Made by a program: the position numbers and the translations under genes
Source: a virus
Length of the DNA: 44,089 nucleotides
Direction: 5' to 3' (one strand)
Virus record (IMG/VR): IMGVR_UViG_3300017694_000005
Span: 1-44,089 of that record
Notes under the pieces: generated by a model
Databases searched by the model: none
What the model was told of the DNA's origin: nothing
The model's input: only the letters and a program-made list of their open reading frames with translations
Shown here: one piece after another, positions 43,158 through 44,089 of the stretch
Layout: every line of letters begins with the position of its first letter
Numbering within the stretch: position 1 is the first letter of the stretch

Positions 43158-43999
43158 GCAAGTTTGCAAACGCTATTAACGCCGCCGCCGAGATCGAAGA
43201 CATCAACGAGGCACAGGCAGGCGGTGAGTTTACCCCGCTGCCGGAAGGTCCGGTACGCCTTCGCTTCTCCGCTTACATCGAACTGGGTAAGCACGAGAAG
43301 GAATGGAAGGGCGTCAAGAAGGACGTGGAAAAGGCCATCCTGATCTTTGAGGTCAGCGGCCCCAAGATCGAGCCGCGAGAGGACGGCCAGCCGCACCTTA
43401 TCACGATCCGGCTGAACAAGTCCACTTCGGAGAAGGCGGGCTACTACAAGCTGTTCCGCAAGATGAACCACACCGGCAAGCATAAGGTGTTCGCACAGAT
43501 GCTTGGCGAGGGCTTCCGTGGCAAGCTGCGCCACAACATCGTAGGCGAGGGCGCGGATAAGCGCACGTACGTCAACCTGACCGACGAAGACGGCAGCTAC
43601 CAGATCGCCGCCCCGTACTACAACGACGAGGAGACCGGCGAGCGCAAGGACGTGACGATCCCGCCGATGATCGGCCCGGAGCGTTGCTTCATCTGGGCGT
43701 TCCCCGACAAGGAGCAGTGGGATAGCCTCTTCATCGACGGCGAGTGGGAAGCCAAGGAAGGCAAGCCTGCCCGGCCGAAGAACGTCTATCAGACGCAGAT
43801 CAAGGAGGCTAAGAACTGGGTCGGCTCCCCGATGCAGGAACTCCTCTTCGGAGACCTTGACGTGGGCGATGCCGAGAAGCCTGATCGCAGCGATGCGGCC
43901 AAGTCCGACAGTGCTGATGCCAAGGCGGCTACCGAGAAGGCCAAGCAGGAAGCCACCAAGGCGCAAGACCCGCTGGCCGACGACGACATTCCGTTCTGA
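43154..43999 (+). CDS. Putative ssDNA-binding protein with an acidic C-terminal tail ending in DDDIPF.
   Basis: 281 aa. Located between the DNA polymerase and the exonuclease. The C-terminus ...QDPLADDDIPF has the same last six residues as the E. coli SSB tip. Confidence 0.65.
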   Translation: MSKFANAINAAAEIEDINEAQAGGEFTPLPEGPVRLRFSAYIELGKHEKEWKGVKKDVEKAILIFEVSGPKIEPREDGQPHLITIRLNKSTSEKAGYYKLFRKMNHTGKHKVFAQMLGEGFRGKLRHNIVGEGADKRTYVNLTDEDGSYQIAAPYYNDEETGERKDVTIPPMIGPERCFIWAFPDKEQWDSLFIDGEWEAKEGKPARPKNVYQTQIKEAKNWVGSPMQELLFGDLDVGDAEKPDRSDAAKSDSADAKAATEKAKQEATKAQDPLADDDIPF

Positions 44000-44089
44000 T
44001 GCTCGGCAGTTTTTGCCACTGGTGTCAAGTCCAGTGGCCCACATGGGCGGTATCACGCTGCCCTCGTTGCGGGAGAAAGTAAATAAGCA
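43967..44089. repeat. Terminal overlap copy 2, identical to 1-123.
   Basis: Direct comparison. Confidence 0.95.

Noticed and set aside
43124-44056. Long antisense ORF (310 aa, minus strand). Similar minus-strand ORFs occur at 10427-11413, 6364-7026, 1816-2691, 17220-17777 and 42273-42944.
   Set aside because: They lie entirely opposite well-supported + strand genes carrying clear motifs, and they lack an RBS. Their composition is Arg/Leu/Ala-rich, as expected for shadow frames in GC-rich coding DNA.
1-44089. Lysogeny or mobile-element functions (integrase, repressor, transposase, att sites), and tRNA/rRNA genes.
   Set aside because: No ORF shows recombinase or repressor motifs that I can recognise. 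The gene content is that of a strictly lytic T7-supergroup phage, and no tRNA-like T-loop/acceptor combination was found.

Overview
The window is essentially one complete, circularly permuted genome of a T7-supergroup podovirus (Autographiviridae-like). The unit length is about 43,966 bp, because bases 1-123 are identical to 43967-44089. Every convincing gene is on the + strand. Gene order is phiKMV-like. An ORF-free, repeat-rich stretch (30967-32322) probably holds the physical termini. It is followed by small early genes (32.3-37.6 kb). The replication module comes next: primase, DnaB-like helicase, family-A DNA polymerase, an SSB-like protein, 5'-3' exonuclease, endonuclease VII, a metallophosphoesterase, a dNTP diphosphohydrolase-like protein and DNA ligase. 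The single-subunit RNA polymerase (4564-7047) sits directly upstream of the structural genes: portal, scaffold, capsid, tail tubular A/B, internal virion proteins A/B/C, tailspike, and TerS/TerL. After the terminase there is a four-gene accessory block (26364-29142), then the lysis cassette (two 3-TM proteins, a GH19 endolysin, overlapping Rz/Rz1). No integrase, repressor, tRNA, rRNA or CRISPR array was seen. The points most worth follow-up are listed here. (1) An exact 22-mer occurs three times, always on the + strand; it is a candidate phage-RNAP promoter or site-specific nick/recognition site, and one copy lies inside a coding region. (2) The 1.36-kb ORF-free region contains a phased CCTATGG array, strong CTAG enrichment, and a perfect sigma-54 -24/-12 consensus. 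(3) In the post-terminase module, an Ig-like protein and an SGNH esterase share a paralogous N-terminal module. (4) An EndoVII/HNH gene is wedged between the capsid gene and its terminator. (5) An early gene encodes a minimal CCA-adding/poly(A)-polymerase-type nucleotidyltransferase. (6) The SSB-like protein ends in DDDIPF. All functional calls rest on motifs I recognised by eye and on synteny. No database search was run.
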